A stretch of 49,315 nucleotides of DNA, from assembly GCA_003251015.1 (NCBI GenBank), contig QKIO01000258.1:1-49315 (forward strand), read 5' to 3'. The notes below the pieces were generated by a model that saw only the letters and a program-made list of their open reading frames with translations, was not told the DNA's origin and searched no databases. The DNA is from Bacteroidales bacterium (GTDB lineage Bacteria; Bacteroidota; Bacteroidia; Bacteroidales; Marinilabiliaceae). The translations under genes and the position numbers were made by a program. Numbering within the stretch: the first letter of the stretch is position 1; each line of letters begins with the position of its first letter. Positions 10,403 to 20,397 of the stretch are shown here, piece after piece.

Positions 10403-10957
10403 ATGAATGATTTAAAAACAGGCCTTTTTTTAGTGTTATTTCTATTTTCATTAGGGACTAGTGCCCAGAAAACTGAAGTAATAAAATGGAATGACGAGAA
10501 GTTGGTTTGGGCTGACTTTAAAGGTAAGGCCGATAAAAAGGCCTCTGTATCGGCTATGTCTTTTGTTGGAATTAGTTATAGTTTTGCATCGCTTAATAAA
10601 AAGGTGACTGAGGTTGAGGTTTTTGCATCTTTTGATAAGCAAAAATCCTGGACAAAGTCAGATGCAATAGAATTGTTGGCTCACGAACAATTGCATTTTG
10701 ATATTGTGGAAGTTTATGTTCGTAAAATCCGAAAATTTGCACAGGAAGCATTTGACAGGAATCAACGTAGCCAACAGTATATTACCAAGCAAATTACCAA
10801 GTTGCAAAGTGAGTATAAAAAAACTCAAACGAAATACGACTCAGAAACCAAACACGGTATTGTGAAAGACAAACAAAAAAAGTGGCAAGTTGATGTCGAA
10901 AAACAATTGAACGAACTTCGTTCCTATCAGAATCCAATTGTGAAGCTTGCTAATTAA
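10403..10957 (+). CDS. secreted DUF922-like putative Zn-metallopeptidase
   Basis: It has a signal peptide (LFLVLFLFSLGTSAQ) and an HExxH motif in LLAHEQLHFDI, as in DUF922 proteins. The start was moved from TTG 10397 to ATG 10403. Confidence 0.65.
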   Translation: MNDLKTGLFLVLFLFSLGTSAQKTEVIKWNDEKLVWADFKGKADKKASVSAMSFVGISYSFASLNKKVTEVEVFASFDKQKSWTKSDAIELLAHEQLHFDIVEVYVRKIRKFAQEAFDRNQRSQQYITKQITKLQSEYKKTQTKYDSETKHGIVKDKQKKWQVDVEKQLNELRSYQNPIVKLAN

Positions 10958-11892
10958 TTGTTTGCTTCCTCTACAGCAATTTCTTCTTCATTAAATTCAG
11001 GAATATCAATCTCTTTTCCTCCAAATTCAGAGAAGATGTGGTTGGTTTTAAAAACGAAGTACAGACCCGGGAATGAGCTAACTAATGCAATTAAGTAAAA
11101 CAGAAAGCTGGTAGCAACTGCTTGGGCTTCATTTATCCCAAGATAAACGGCGCCTGTGTAGAATACCATTTCTCGTGCACCAATACCCCCTAATGTAACC
11201 GGTACAGCAGATGCTATGGTAGATAAAAAGAATAGAAAAATATATTCGTTCCAATATTCATTGACTTCAGCTCCCATGGATTTAAGAATTAGAATAACTG
11301 CAATGGTTTGAACTCCCTGACAGACTAAAGACCATAAGCTTACTGACCAGAATGCTTTTGTTAGGTTCTTATTAAATAACCATAAGAATAAATAGTAGCC
11401 GGCACTTACAAAGGGGATTAAGATAAAGAACCAACCCTGGTAAGGTAATTCGTAGTCGATGTAATAAACCAAACCTAACAGGTATATCAGAATAATTGAC
11501 AAACCACTTAAACGATCTGCAAAAATGGCACCAAGTAGTTTTTTAACGGGTGTATTAAAATGTTTTTTTAAGTAGTATACTTTATAGCCATCTCCGCCAA
11601 CACCTCCGGGTAAAAAAAAGTTATAGAACAAACCTAACCAATACAATTTTATATTAGGCCAAGTGTCGATGTGTAAGGGCAGTGTACGAAATAGACTATT
11701 AAGTCGAAAAGTACTCCCTAAAATAGAGGTGATGTAAACAATAATTGCAGCAATTAAGTATAAAGGATTAACATCTTTTATGGTTTCGCCAACTTGAGTT
11801 AAATCTAATTTAGATAGGATATAATAAATGGCTCCCCCCGAGAAGAGAATTTTGAATATCAGTTTTAGTGCTTTTGAATATTTTTTTATCAT
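10954..11892 (-). CDS. UPF0104 / lysylphosphatidylglycerol-synthase-like transmembrane (flippase-like) protein
   Basis: 312 aa with about 8 predicted TM helices and a PGGVGGDGYK-type loop typical of the family. Its stop overlaps the convergent DUF922 stop by 4 nt. Confidence 0.7.
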   Translation of the reverse strand: MIKKYSKALKLIFKILFSGGAIYYILSKLDLTQVGETIKDVNPLYLIAAIIVYITSILGSTFRLNSLFRTLPLHIDTWPNIKLYWLGLFYNFFLPGGVGGDGYKVYYLKKHFNTPVKKLLGAIFADRLSGLSIILIYLLGLVYYIDYELPYQGWFFILIPFVSAGYYLFLWLFNKNLTKAFWSVSLWSLVCQGVQTIAVILILKSMGAEVNEYWNEYIFLFFLSTIASAVPVTLGGIGAREMVFYTGAVYLGINEAQAVATSFLFYLIALVSSFPGLYFVFKTNHIFSEFGGKEIDIPEFNEEEIAVEEANN

Positions 11893-11954
11893 TTATCGGG
11901 ATGTTATTTTTTGCCTAAAAATAGATTATTCCCCACAATTTAGGAGGATATCAC

Positions 11955-12449
11955 TTAATTCTTGTTCATTAAAAAATGGACTACATCAAATGAAGGTTGA
12001 AGATTATCAATCCCCTGAGCAATAGGGGTGTATTTTGCCAAAAAGAGTTGATTAACCCAATTACTGATCCTGTCTTGTATCGATTCTAGAACAAAGTGTT
12101 TTTTATTGTTGAATTTGGTAAATCCACCAGTTCTAACTTTTCCTGACATGCACGACATGCTATAGTTTCTAACCGTACGTGTAATTCTGGTGAAGTTAAT
12201 AGAGACATCTAATCTTTCTTGAAATTTCTTTGGAGAATTCGTATTTGGCTGTTTGTCAGTGTTTAAATGAAGAAAATTGATTGTATTATTAAAATCCAAA
12301 TCATTTAACTTTCCCTTTTGTGGAAAGGTGAAATGAAAGATTGGATTATGTTGATCGTTATTCCAACCAATTATTTTTTCGTCTTCAGATGAGTTTTGAA
12401 TTTGAGTAAATTCTAAATAATTATGTAGTGAGTATGTTTTAAAATTCAT
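11955..12449 (-). CDS. hypothetical protein
   Basis: 164-aa ORF with no signal peptide or recognisable motif. Coding status is supported only by its length and by its position in a gap. Confidence 0.4.
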   Translation of the reverse strand: MNFKTYSLHNYLEFTQIQNSSEDEKIIGWNNDQHNPIFHFTFPQKGKLNDLDFNNTINFLHLNTDKQPNTNSPKKFQERLDVSINFTRITRTVRNYSMSCMSGKVRTGGFTKFNNKKHFVLESIQDRISNWVNQLFLAKYTPIAQGIDNLQPSFDVVHFLMNKN

Positions 12450-12715
12450 CCTATGTGGAGCCGTTTTTATTTAACACCACAAAAGTACACAAACGGATAG
12501 AGATAGCAAGAAAAACTAGGGATTTCGGTTTTAGTGAAATGATTATTTCCTAACCACTAAAATCACTTTTCTGAACCACGAAAAAAATTAAAATCAGCGA
12601 AGCTAAATTTAATTTTACTTTTCGTGTGTTTTTGTGTTTTTCGTAGTAAAAATAAATTGTTTTGTTTAAAGCAATTTCCTTACAAGAAAAACGCTATTGA
12701 TCTGTCTGTCTTTTC

Positions 12716-14143
12716 TTAACGGATTAATTCGTTTCGGTTGGTATCAAGTTTAATAAAAACAAAAAGGAGTAATGTAAAACCCCAAAGAGAAGATCCTCCA
12801 TAGCTAAAAAACGGCAGAGGAATCCCAATTACCGGAGCTAAGCCAATTGTCATTCCAATATTTATGGCAAAGTGAAAAAAGAAAATACCGGCAATACAAT
12901 AACCATAAACTCGACTAAAAACGGAATGCTGTTTCTCTGCCAAAAACAATATTCGCAATAGAAGTGAGGTAAAGAGAATCACCACTCCTAAAGATCCAAA
13001 AAAACCCCATTCTTCTCCAACCGTACAGTAAATAAAGTCGGTAGATTGCTCCGGCACAAAATCAAATTTTGTTTGCGTTCCCTGTAAAAAGCCTTTTCCG
13101 GAAATTCCGCCAGAACCTATTGCAATCATTGATTGGTTGACATTATATCCGGCGCCAAGAGGATCTTCTTCAATTCCAAAAAGAACATTTATACGGGTGA
13201 GCTGGTAAGGTGATAATACCTCACTGAAAAAATAATCGGCAGAAAAGGTTAATACAATAGCGCTCCAAAGAATGAAAATATAGGTTGGTATAAACTTGTG
13301 AACGCGTCTAATTAAGGAATAGCCTAATAATGTAATTGATAATACTAAGATGCCTAAAGTCATCAAGTATTCTATTTTAATTTCTGTATTAAGAAGCCAA
13401 TTAAGGGCAAATAATGCAACAAATGTGGATACTCCATAAATTAAGGCTTTATACAACTCTTTTTTTACGCCTTTATAAATAAGAAGGCCAATTGAAACAA
13501 TTGAGACAAGGCCTATAATGAGTGTGTTGGGAGCCATTAATGTTAAAGTTACTACAACTCCGGCAACTAAGCCGAAAACAAGGACTAGAACAGATAATCC
13601 CATGCGATAAAACACAAAAATAAATGAAAAATAGACCAATGCAGAACCCGTGTCATTTTGCAGTAAAATCATTAGCATAGGAAGCATAATGATACCAGTC
13701 GATTTAAAGAAATCAGATTTCTTTTTAAATGAGAATTTAAATCCAAATCGACTCATAACCCGGGATAAGGAGAGGGCAGTAGCCACCTTGGCGAGCTCAG
13801 CCGGTTGAAAGCGAATCGGTCCTAATTCAAACCAGGATTTGGCTCCGTTTATTTCTTTTCCAAAGAGGAGAACGGCAATGAGCAGAAATATGGTAAAGCC
13901 ATAAAAGGGGTGAGAAAGTTCTACAAAAAATTTACTATCCGATAAAAAGATTAAACCTATGAAAAACATGGATAATCCAACCCATACTAATTGTTTAAAG
14001 TATTCTTTATCAGTATCGAAAAATACAGGATTATCCAGACTGAAATTGGCCGCATAGATATTGAGCCAACCAAAAATAACCAGCAAGACATATAGAGAAA
14101 CCAGTACCCAATCGACGCTTTTTTTATAACTGTTTGTTGGCAT
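12716..14143 (-). CDS. rodA: SEDS-family peptidoglycan glycosyltransferase RodA
   Basis: 475 aa, polytopic, of the FtsW/RodA/SpoVE type (GSGGISGKGF, PEQSTDFI, PLPFFSYGGSS). It lies immediately downstream of PBP2 in the mre operon. Confidence 0.9.
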   Translation of the reverse strand: MPTNSYKKSVDWVLVSLYVLLVIFGWLNIYAANFSLDNPVFFDTDKEYFKQLVWVGLSMFFIGLIFLSDSKFFVELSHPFYGFTIFLLIAVLLFGKEINGAKSWFELGPIRFQPAELAKVATALSLSRVMSRFGFKFSFKKKSDFFKSTGIIMLPMLMILLQNDTGSALVYFSFIFVFYRMGLSVLVLVFGLVAGVVVTLTLMAPNTLIIGLVSIVSIGLLIYKGVKKELYKALIYGVSTFVALFALNWLLNTEIKIEYLMTLGILVLSITLLGYSLIRRVHKFIPTYIFILWSAIVLTFSADYFFSEVLSPYQLTRINVLFGIEEDPLGAGYNVNQSMIAIGSGGISGKGFLQGTQTKFDFVPEQSTDFIYCTVGEEWGFFGSLGVVILFTSLLLRILFLAEKQHSVFSRVYGYCIAGIFFFHFAINIGMTIGLAPVIGIPLPFFSYGGSSLWGFTLLLFVFIKLDTNRNELIR

Positions 14144-14153
14144 GCTTAATTAT

Positions 14154-15986
14154 TTATTTCTTTTTTGAGATGAAATCAGCTTTTAAAATTCGTTCTTCTG
14201 TCCACTGATGACGTTTGGGGATTTCTCCGGTAAGATATTTTTCCATTAATAAGGTTGCCATTGGAGCAGCCCAGGTCGATCCATATCCCGCATTTTCAAC
14301 TATTACACTAATGGCAATCTTGGGATTGTCTCTTGGGGCAAAGGCTAAAAATACAGAGTGATCTTCGCCAAATGGGTTTTGTACTGTACCTGTTTTTCCA
14401 CAAAAGGCTATCGAATCATGTTGGTAGTATCTTGCTGTACCTATATCTCCGGTATAAACTTGTCCCATTCCTTTTACGACCTCCTCAAAATTAAGAGAGT
14501 CTATTTCAGTTTTAAACTTTTTTAGGTATTTTTCAGGTATGCTTTCGCCTTCAATATCTTTAATTACATGAGGTTGGAAATAGTATCCCCGGTTGGCAAT
14601 GACCACCGCTTCGTTTGCTAATTGCACAGGTGTTACAGATAACTCGCCCTGTCCAATTGCCAGCGATCGTATTGTAATAGCTCTCCAGCCTGTTTTGCCA
14701 TAGTATTTATCGTAGTACTCTTTTTTAGGGACTCCACCTTTTTTTTCGTATGGAAGGTCAATCCCTAGTTTATCTCCAAATCCCATGCTTCTAACGTGTT
14801 TTTCCCATGTTTGATAACCATCTCGGGTAGATTGCCCTTTTCCTTCAACGGTATACTTAAATGCATTGTAGAAAAATGGATTACACGATGTTTCAATGGC
14901 ACCTGTAACTTCGATTGGCGAACGGTGGTGGTGCGTACAACGGATTGGGCGTGATCCGGGGCCATCGCAAGGGAATTTCGTGAACGGATTGATAGCACCT
15001 TCTTGTAAAGCAATGGCTGCGTTTACTAGTTTGAAAGTAGAACCCGGTGAATAAGTTCCTTGTAACGCTCTGTTTGTTAGGGGTTTTAATGAGTCGTTAG
15101 CTAGGATAGTGAATCCTTCACCACGGTTTCGACCAACAAGTATTGAAGGATCGTACACCGGTGATGAGATAAATGCAAGTATCTCTCCGGTTGCAGGCTC
15201 AATGGCAACAATACTGCCTATTTTGTTTTTCATTAATTGTTCACCATAGACTTGTAGGTCAATGTCTAATGAAACCTTTACTTTTTTACCGGTAATAGCC
15301 GGGGTGTCATATTTTCCTGATTTAAAGGGTCCTTTTTCCCGACCATGAACATCTACCATGATGTATTTCGCCCCTTTAGATCCTCTTAAAGCTGTTTCAT
15401 AAGTGCTTTCTATTCCACTAATCCCTATGTAGTCACCTTTTTTGTAATAATCGTCATTTTCCAGTTGCAACGTGTTTACTTCTCCAACATAGCCTAAAAC
15501 ATGCGCTGCATTTGGATATTCATACTTTCTAACCGTACGGCGTTGAACGAAAAAGCCTTTGAACTTGTAAAGCTTTTCCTGAAAGCGACCAAAGTTCTCA
15601 GCTGATAACATTTTATAAAAGACAGATGGTTTATAAGATGAAATTTTTCTTCGCTGGATATTTTTCCGCATTAAAACAAACATTTGCCTTAATTCCTCGA
15701 GCGTGATATCTAACGACTGGCAGAAATCTAAGGAATCAAATGGAACAATCTCACGCGGAACTACCATGATGTCATACACCGCCTGATTTGAGATTAATAG
15801 TTTTCCATTGCGGTCATATACTAATCCTCTTGACGGATATTGAGTTACTTCACGACGTGCATTACTCTCTGCCGAAAACTTATAGGACGTATCGTAAACT
15901 TGAATAAAGAAGAGCTTAATCGCAAAAGCAAGTGCAACAAATACCATTATGGCACCTATTAATATGGCTTTATTATTTAGTCCCAC
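14154..15986 (-). CDS. mrdA: penicillin-binding protein 2 (elongasome transpeptidase)
   Basis: 610 aa with an N-terminal TM anchor. The transpeptidase motifs are STFK (PGSTFKLV), SxN (ETSCNPF) and KTG (GKTGTVQ). Confidence 0.92.
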   Translation of the reverse strand: MGLNNKAILIGAIMVFVALAFAIKLFFIQVYDTSYKFSAESNARREVTQYPSRGLVYDRNGKLLISNQAVYDIMVVPREIVPFDSLDFCQSLDITLEELRQMFVLMRKNIQRRKISSYKPSVFYKMLSAENFGRFQEKLYKFKGFFVQRRTVRKYEYPNAAHVLGYVGEVNTLQLENDDYYKKGDYIGISGIESTYETALRGSKGAKYIMVDVHGREKGPFKSGKYDTPAITGKKVKVSLDIDLQVYGEQLMKNKIGSIVAIEPATGEILAFISSPVYDPSILVGRNRGEGFTILANDSLKPLTNRALQGTYSPGSTFKLVNAAIALQEGAINPFTKFPCDGPGSRPIRCTHHHRSPIEVTGAIETSCNPFFYNAFKYTVEGKGQSTRDGYQTWEKHVRSMGFGDKLGIDLPYEKKGGVPKKEYYDKYYGKTGWRAITIRSLAIGQGELSVTPVQLANEAVVIANRGYYFQPHVIKDIEGESIPEKYLKKFKTEIDSLNFEEVVKGMGQVYTGDIGTARYYQHDSIAFCGKTGTVQNPFGEDHSVFLAFAPRDNPKIAISVIVENAGYGSTWAAPMATLLMEKYLTGEIPKRHQWTEERILKADFISKKK

Positions 15987-16507
15987 TATTGTCTGGCTTT
16001 ATTATTTCCTCTTCCAAAAAGTTGTGCAATCAAGATCAAGATCATGGTAAATACACTACTTGCAATCACTCTCCATAATGTCGAGAAGAAATGTGACATT
16101 GAGAACACCTCCACGAAAAACAAGAAAATGTGATGAGCGAGGACTAAAAGTATTGAGTAGCGAAAAAACCATGAGAATCCGTAATGATGCATTAGGGGTA
16201 ATGACCCTGGTTGATATTCATCGCGCGGCGCAAATGCTCTTAATATAAAAGGTCGAAGGTAGGCCATAAATACTGTTGCAGAGGCATGCATTCCTAACGT
16301 GTTACTAAAGATATCAATTGTTACCCCGGTTAAAAATCCTAAAACCAATAATAGCCATCCTGGAGTCTCAAATGGTAGTGTGATAATAAATAGGATATAC
16401 AGGTAAGGATTAACATATCCGCTAAACTGAATGTTGTTAAGCACCGTTACCTGAATCAATATCAAGAAAATGAAGTTAAAAATATATCGGGGTAAGTGAT
16501 TAATCAT
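15986..16507 (-). CDS. mreD: rod shape-determining protein MreD
   Basis: 173-aa polytopic membrane protein between mreC and mrdA. It overlaps mreC by 8 nt and mrdA by 1 nt. Confidence 0.8.
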   Translation of the reverse strand: MINHLPRYIFNFIFLILIQVTVLNNIQFSGYVNPYLYILFIITLPFETPGWLLLVLGFLTGVTIDIFSNTLGMHASATVFMAYLRPFILRAFAPRDEYQPGSLPLMHHYGFSWFFRYSILLVLAHHIFLFFVEVFSMSHFFSTLWRVIASSVFTMILILIAQLFGRGNNKARQ

Positions 16508-17330
16508 TTTCAGTCTCTTTTTCTAATGATAATTGTTCTTCACTAATGGTATTTTCAATCACTTCTACAAAGGATAAATTCTTAAAGTCTACGGTTAATT
16601 TAACTTTTATTTTATAGAAGCTTTCGCCTTCGCTTAATTCCACTTCGTCTACAGTTCCCAAAAATATGTTTTCAGGAAAAATAGATGAATATCCACTGGT
16701 AACTATTAAATCTCCAACATTTACTTTGGCATGACTAGGAATTTCATTTAACCAGGCGTACAAATGTGATCCACCCTGCCATTGAAGAGAGCCAAAATAA
16801 CCGGTCTCTTTTATTTTTGCCGAAATTCGTAAGCGAGTATTTAATACTGATATAATGGTGGCGTAATTATCAGATGCATTTTTTACAATACCAATAACTC
16901 CTTTTGAGGATAAAACCCCCATTTCCGGTTTGATTCCATTTAAAAGACCTTTATTAATCGTGATGTAGTTAAACTGCTTATTGGTTGAGTTATTAATTAC
17001 TTTGGCAGCACGATAAATATATTGTTGTTGAGACAGACTATCGAAAACTACATTGAAATAATCACGTGACGCATGATATGATCCGGGGAGTTGGCTTCTA
17101 AGAAAAGCATTTTCACGAGAAAGCTCTTCGTTGATGGCTTTAAGCATTAAGTATTCTTCGGCATTACTGACGTTGTTGTAAATGCCACCGGTAAATTTAT
17201 TAGAAGAGGAAACAAATACACTTCGTTGATAACCATTGTAGTTGACCACTAACACTAAACAAATAATCTCTATCATGAAAAAGAGAATGGTGAAGTAGTG
17301 CTTTAGTATAAAACGAATAATATTCCTCAT
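16500..17330 (-). CDS. mreC: rod shape-determining protein MreC
   Basis: 276 aa with an N-terminal TM helix, a coiled-coil (EELSRENAFLRSQL) and a beta-rich periplasmic domain. It follows mreB. Confidence 0.85.
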   Translation of the reverse strand: MRNIIRFILKHYFTILFFMIEIICLVLVVNYNGYQRSVFVSSSNKFTGGIYNNVSNAEEYLMLKAINEELSRENAFLRSQLPGSYHASRDYFNVVFDSLSQQQYIYRAAKVINNSTNKQFNYITINKGLLNGIKPEMGVLSSKGVIGIVKNASDNYATIISVLNTRLRISAKIKETGYFGSLQWQGGSHLYAWLNEIPSHAKVNVGDLIVTSGYSSIFPENIFLGTVDEVELSEGESFYKIKVKLTVDFKNLSFVEVIENTISEEQLSLEKETEND

Positions 17331-17363
17331 TGCCGAGTGAGTGGGATTGGATTAAACTGTAAA

Positions 17364-17388
17364 AGCCACCGGAAAAAATCCGATGGCT
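17364..17388 (-). terminator. intra-operon hairpin between mreB and mreC (partial terminator/attenuator candidate)
   Basis: The minus-strand RNA forms AGCCAUCGG-AUUUUUU-CCGGUGGCU, a 9-bp stem including one G-U pair, followed by UUUACAGUUU. Confidence 0.45.
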
Positions 17389-17405
17389 AATTTATTTTAA
17401 GGCTT

Positions 17406-18431
17406 CTATCTTAACAGATATGGTAAACCGCGATGACGGTTTTTAAGTGCAATACCAGTTCCTCTAGCTACTGCATGAAGAGGATCTTCAGCAATGTGAA
17501 AAGGAATATTGATCTTGTCTGATAAACGTTTGTCTAGACCACGTAATAATGCACCACCTCCGGCTAAGTAGATACCGTTTCTTACGATATCACTGTACAA
17601 TTCCGGTGGCGTTTGCTCAAGAGCCGATAATACAGCAGTTTCGATTTTAGAGATGGATTTTTCTAAACAGTGAGAAATCTCTTGATAAGAAACAGGTACT
17701 TCAATCGGAAGAGCAGTCATTTGGTTTGGACCACGCACAATGTAATCTGCCGGTGGCTCCTCTAACTCGGGAAGCGCAGATCCCACTTCAATTTTTATTT
17801 GCTCTGCTGTACGTTCACCCACCTTAATGTTATGTTGGCGACGCATGTATTCCATAATATCTGCTGTTAAATCATCACCGGCAATACGAATGGATTTGTT
17901 AGTAACAATACCGCCTAATGAGATAACTGCAATTTCTGTAGTACCACCACCTATATCAACAACCATGTTACCTTCCGGAGCTTCCACATCAAGACCAATC
18001 CCTAAGGCGGCAGCCATTGGCTCATAAATCATGTAAACTTCACGTCCACCGGCATGTTCTGAAGAGTCGCGTACTGCACGAATCTCTACCTCAGTGCTAC
18101 CTGAAGGAATACAAATCACCATGGTCAATGAGGGTGTAAACATTTTAGACTTTTTATTGATCAATTTGATCATGCCTCGAATCATTTGTTCAGCAGCATT
18201 AAAGTCAGCAATTACACCGTCACGCAATGGACGGATTGTGTAAATATTATCGTGTGTTTTACCATGCATCTGACGAGCTTTCTCACCAATAGCTTCCAGC
18301 TTGTCAGTCTTGCGGTTTAGAGCTACAATAGAAGGCTCATCAACAACTATTTTGTCATTGTTGATGATGATGGTGTTAGCTGTACCAAGGTCAATAGCAA
18401 TCTCTTGAGCTAAGAAATTAAACAATCCCAT
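17406..18431 (-). CDS. mreB: actin-like rod shape-determining protein MreB
   Basis: 341 aa with motifs IAIDLGTANT, VVDIGGGTTE and LAGGGALLRGLD. Conservation is very high. Confidence 0.97.
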   Translation of the reverse strand: MGLFNFLAQEIAIDLGTANTIIINNDKIVVDEPSIVALNRKTDKLEAIGEKARQMHGKTHDNIYTIRPLRDGVIADFNAAEQMIRGMIKLINKKSKMFTPSLTMVICIPSGSTEVEIRAVRDSSEHAGGREVYMIYEPMAAALGIGLDVEAPEGNMVVDIGGGTTEIAVISLGGIVTNKSIRIAGDDLTADIMEYMRRQHNIKVGERTAEQIKIEVGSALPELEEPPADYIVRGPNQMTALPIEVPVSYQEISHCLEKSISKIETAVLSALEQTPPELYSDIVRNGIYLAGGGALLRGLDKRLSDKINIPFHIAEDPLHAVARGTGIALKNRHRGLPYLLR

Positions 18432-18445
18432 TCGTTTGGTTTTTT

Positions 18446-20032
18446 TTAGTGTTTAAAATGACGTCTTCCGGTGAATAACATGGCCATTCCAAATTCATCA
18501 CATGCCTCTATTACTTCCTCGTCGCGAATGCTACCACCTGGTTCTACTATATATTTAACTCCGTATTCGTTGGCAGCTTCAATGCTGTCGCGGAATGGGA
18601 AAAATGCATCTGAAATTAAAACAGAATCTTCAATCTTAATGCCTTCTTTCATGTCGAAACGTGGCATTGTTAACTGACGTAAGCTGTCTAAACGGTTTGG
18701 CTGACCCATGCCTGCTCCGGTCAACCAGAATGAACCATCACTATTTTCAGTTACTACAGCAATGGCATTACTCTTAAGATGCTTACATGCTGTGATACCA
18801 AATTTAGCTAAATTCATTTTATTATCTGCAAATTGTTTCTTAGTTACTTGCTTAAATTCAGTGTCCACACCTTCATCTTCGTCTTGTACTAAGAAACCTC
18901 CGCTTATTGAGCGGTATAATTTTTCTCCTGTAATATTTTCTTTAATAGGAGTTTTAAGTAAGCGTAAATTTTTCTTTTTAGCAAATACTTCTAATGCTTC
19001 TGGTGTAAATTCCGGTGCAATAATAATTTCCACAAAGCGTTTGGCAAACCATTCTGCAATTTCTCCGGTTACTGTATCCGTAAAACAGATAATTCCACCA
19101 AAAGCAGAAATTGGATCACCTGCCCAGGCTAATTCTAATGCTTGTAAAATGTTATCAGTTACTGCTAAACCAGCCGGGTTTAAGTGTTTGATCACTGAAA
19201 CGGCTACTTTTTTATCAATGTGTGTCACTGAATGATAAGCATCACTGGCCGCTTTCCATGCAGCATCTGCATCTAACATGTTGTTGTAAGATAGCTCCTT
19301 GCCTTGAAGAATTTCTGCGTTAGCTAGTGCAGCGCCTGAAGCGACGTTGTTAAATTTGTAAAAGGTTGCTTTTTGATGAGGGTTTTCTCCGTAACGAAGT
19401 ACTTTTCCGTCGTTTAAGCTGATGCGCTCTAAGTCTTCTGCTTCTTTGTTGAAATAGTTGGAGATTGCGCCGTCGTAGTGTGATGAAACGCTAAATGCAG
19501 CTGCTGCAAAAGCTTTACGGTCTTCTAAAGTTGACTCGCCTCTTTCTTTTAATAAGGCTAAAAGCGGAGCATATTGTTTTTTCGATGGCACGATGATCAC
19601 ATCGTTGAAGTTTTTAGCAGCACCCCGAATTAAGGCAATACCACCGATGTCAATTTTTTCAATAATATCTTCGAATGAAGCACCTGAAGCAACCGTTGCT
19701 TCAAATGGATATAAATCAACAATAACAAGGTCTATTTCAGGAATTTCGTATTGAGCTAATTGCTCTTGGTCGCCTTCGTTTTCGCGTCTTGCAAGGATAC
19801 CTCCCAAAATTTTTGGGTGTAATGTTTTTACTCGGCCACCAAAAATTGATGGAAAACCGGTAACATCTTCAACTTTATTACATGGTACATTTAAACTTTC
19901 GATAAATGTTTGAGTACCACCTGTAGAATAAAGTTTTACTCCTTGCTCGTGTAGAGTACGAACAATCTCATCTAATCCATCTTTATGGAAAACAGAAATC
20001 AACGCTGACTTGACCTTTCTAATGCTATTCAT
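18446..20032 (-). CDS. purH: bifunctional AICAR formyltransferase / IMP cyclohydrolase
   Basis: 528 aa. The N-terminal MGS-like domain carries ALISVFHKDGL, STGGT and VKTLHPKI; the C-terminal AICARFT domain ends in LFTGRRHFKH. Confidence 0.97.
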   Translation of the reverse strand: MNSIRKVKSALISVFHKDGLDEIVRTLHEQGVKLYSTGGTQTFIESLNVPCNKVEDVTGFPSIFGGRVKTLHPKILGGILARRENEGDQEQLAQYEIPEIDLVIVDLYPFEATVASGASFEDIIEKIDIGGIALIRGAAKNFNDVIIVPSKKQYAPLLALLKERGESTLEDRKAFAAAAFSVSSHYDGAISNYFNKEAEDLERISLNDGKVLRYGENPHQKATFYKFNNVASGAALANAEILQGKELSYNNMLDADAAWKAASDAYHSVTHIDKKVAVSVIKHLNPAGLAVTDNILQALELAWAGDPISAFGGIICFTDTVTGEIAEWFAKRFVEIIIAPEFTPEALEVFAKKKNLRLLKTPIKENITGEKLYRSISGGFLVQDEDEGVDTEFKQVTKKQFADNKMNLAKFGITACKHLKSNAIAVVTENSDGSFWLTGAGMGQPNRLDSLRQLTMPRFDMKEGIKIEDSVLISDAFFPFRDSIEAANEYGVKYIVEPGGSIRDEEVIEACDEFGMAMLFTGRRHFKH

Positions 20033-20397
20033 TTATATCAAATTTATATCCAAATCGCAAAATTAAGAAAATAAGCAAAGTTGTCAAGGTTCTAAGCGTA
20101 TAAAACGTGTGATGTAATTATTAATGTTTAATGATTAGTGATTATTGTAAAGTGCCGCATTAATTGAAATGATGAATGGAGTTAATTTAACATTAATCAT
20201 TAATAATAATTTTGCATTTTCCCAGCCAAAACCTGAATGTGTTTTGCTGTAAAGTTATGTAAATACGGAAAGCAAAATGTTCTTACGGGATAAATAAATC
20301 AGGATAGCGCTGACCAAGCTTATCCTTGTTATGATAACTTCTATCAACAGGACCGTCTTTTATTCTTAGAAAAAAAGACGGATTCGTACTCAAATAA

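Noticed and set aside
12540-12660. TTTCGTG/CACGAAA words in the spacer between rodA and the hypothetical gene, as a further copy of the 37-nt element.
   Set aside because: The similarity is short and low-complexity (T-rich). It is noted under the 37-nt element finding as a possible distant relative, but the support is too weak to annotate as a feature.
18708-19235. 175-aa plus-strand ORF, plus smaller ORFs at 18471-18677 and 17827-18027.
   Set aside because: They lie entirely antisense within the highly conserved purH and mreB genes. They are shadow ORFs with low-complexity Ser/Pro-rich translations.
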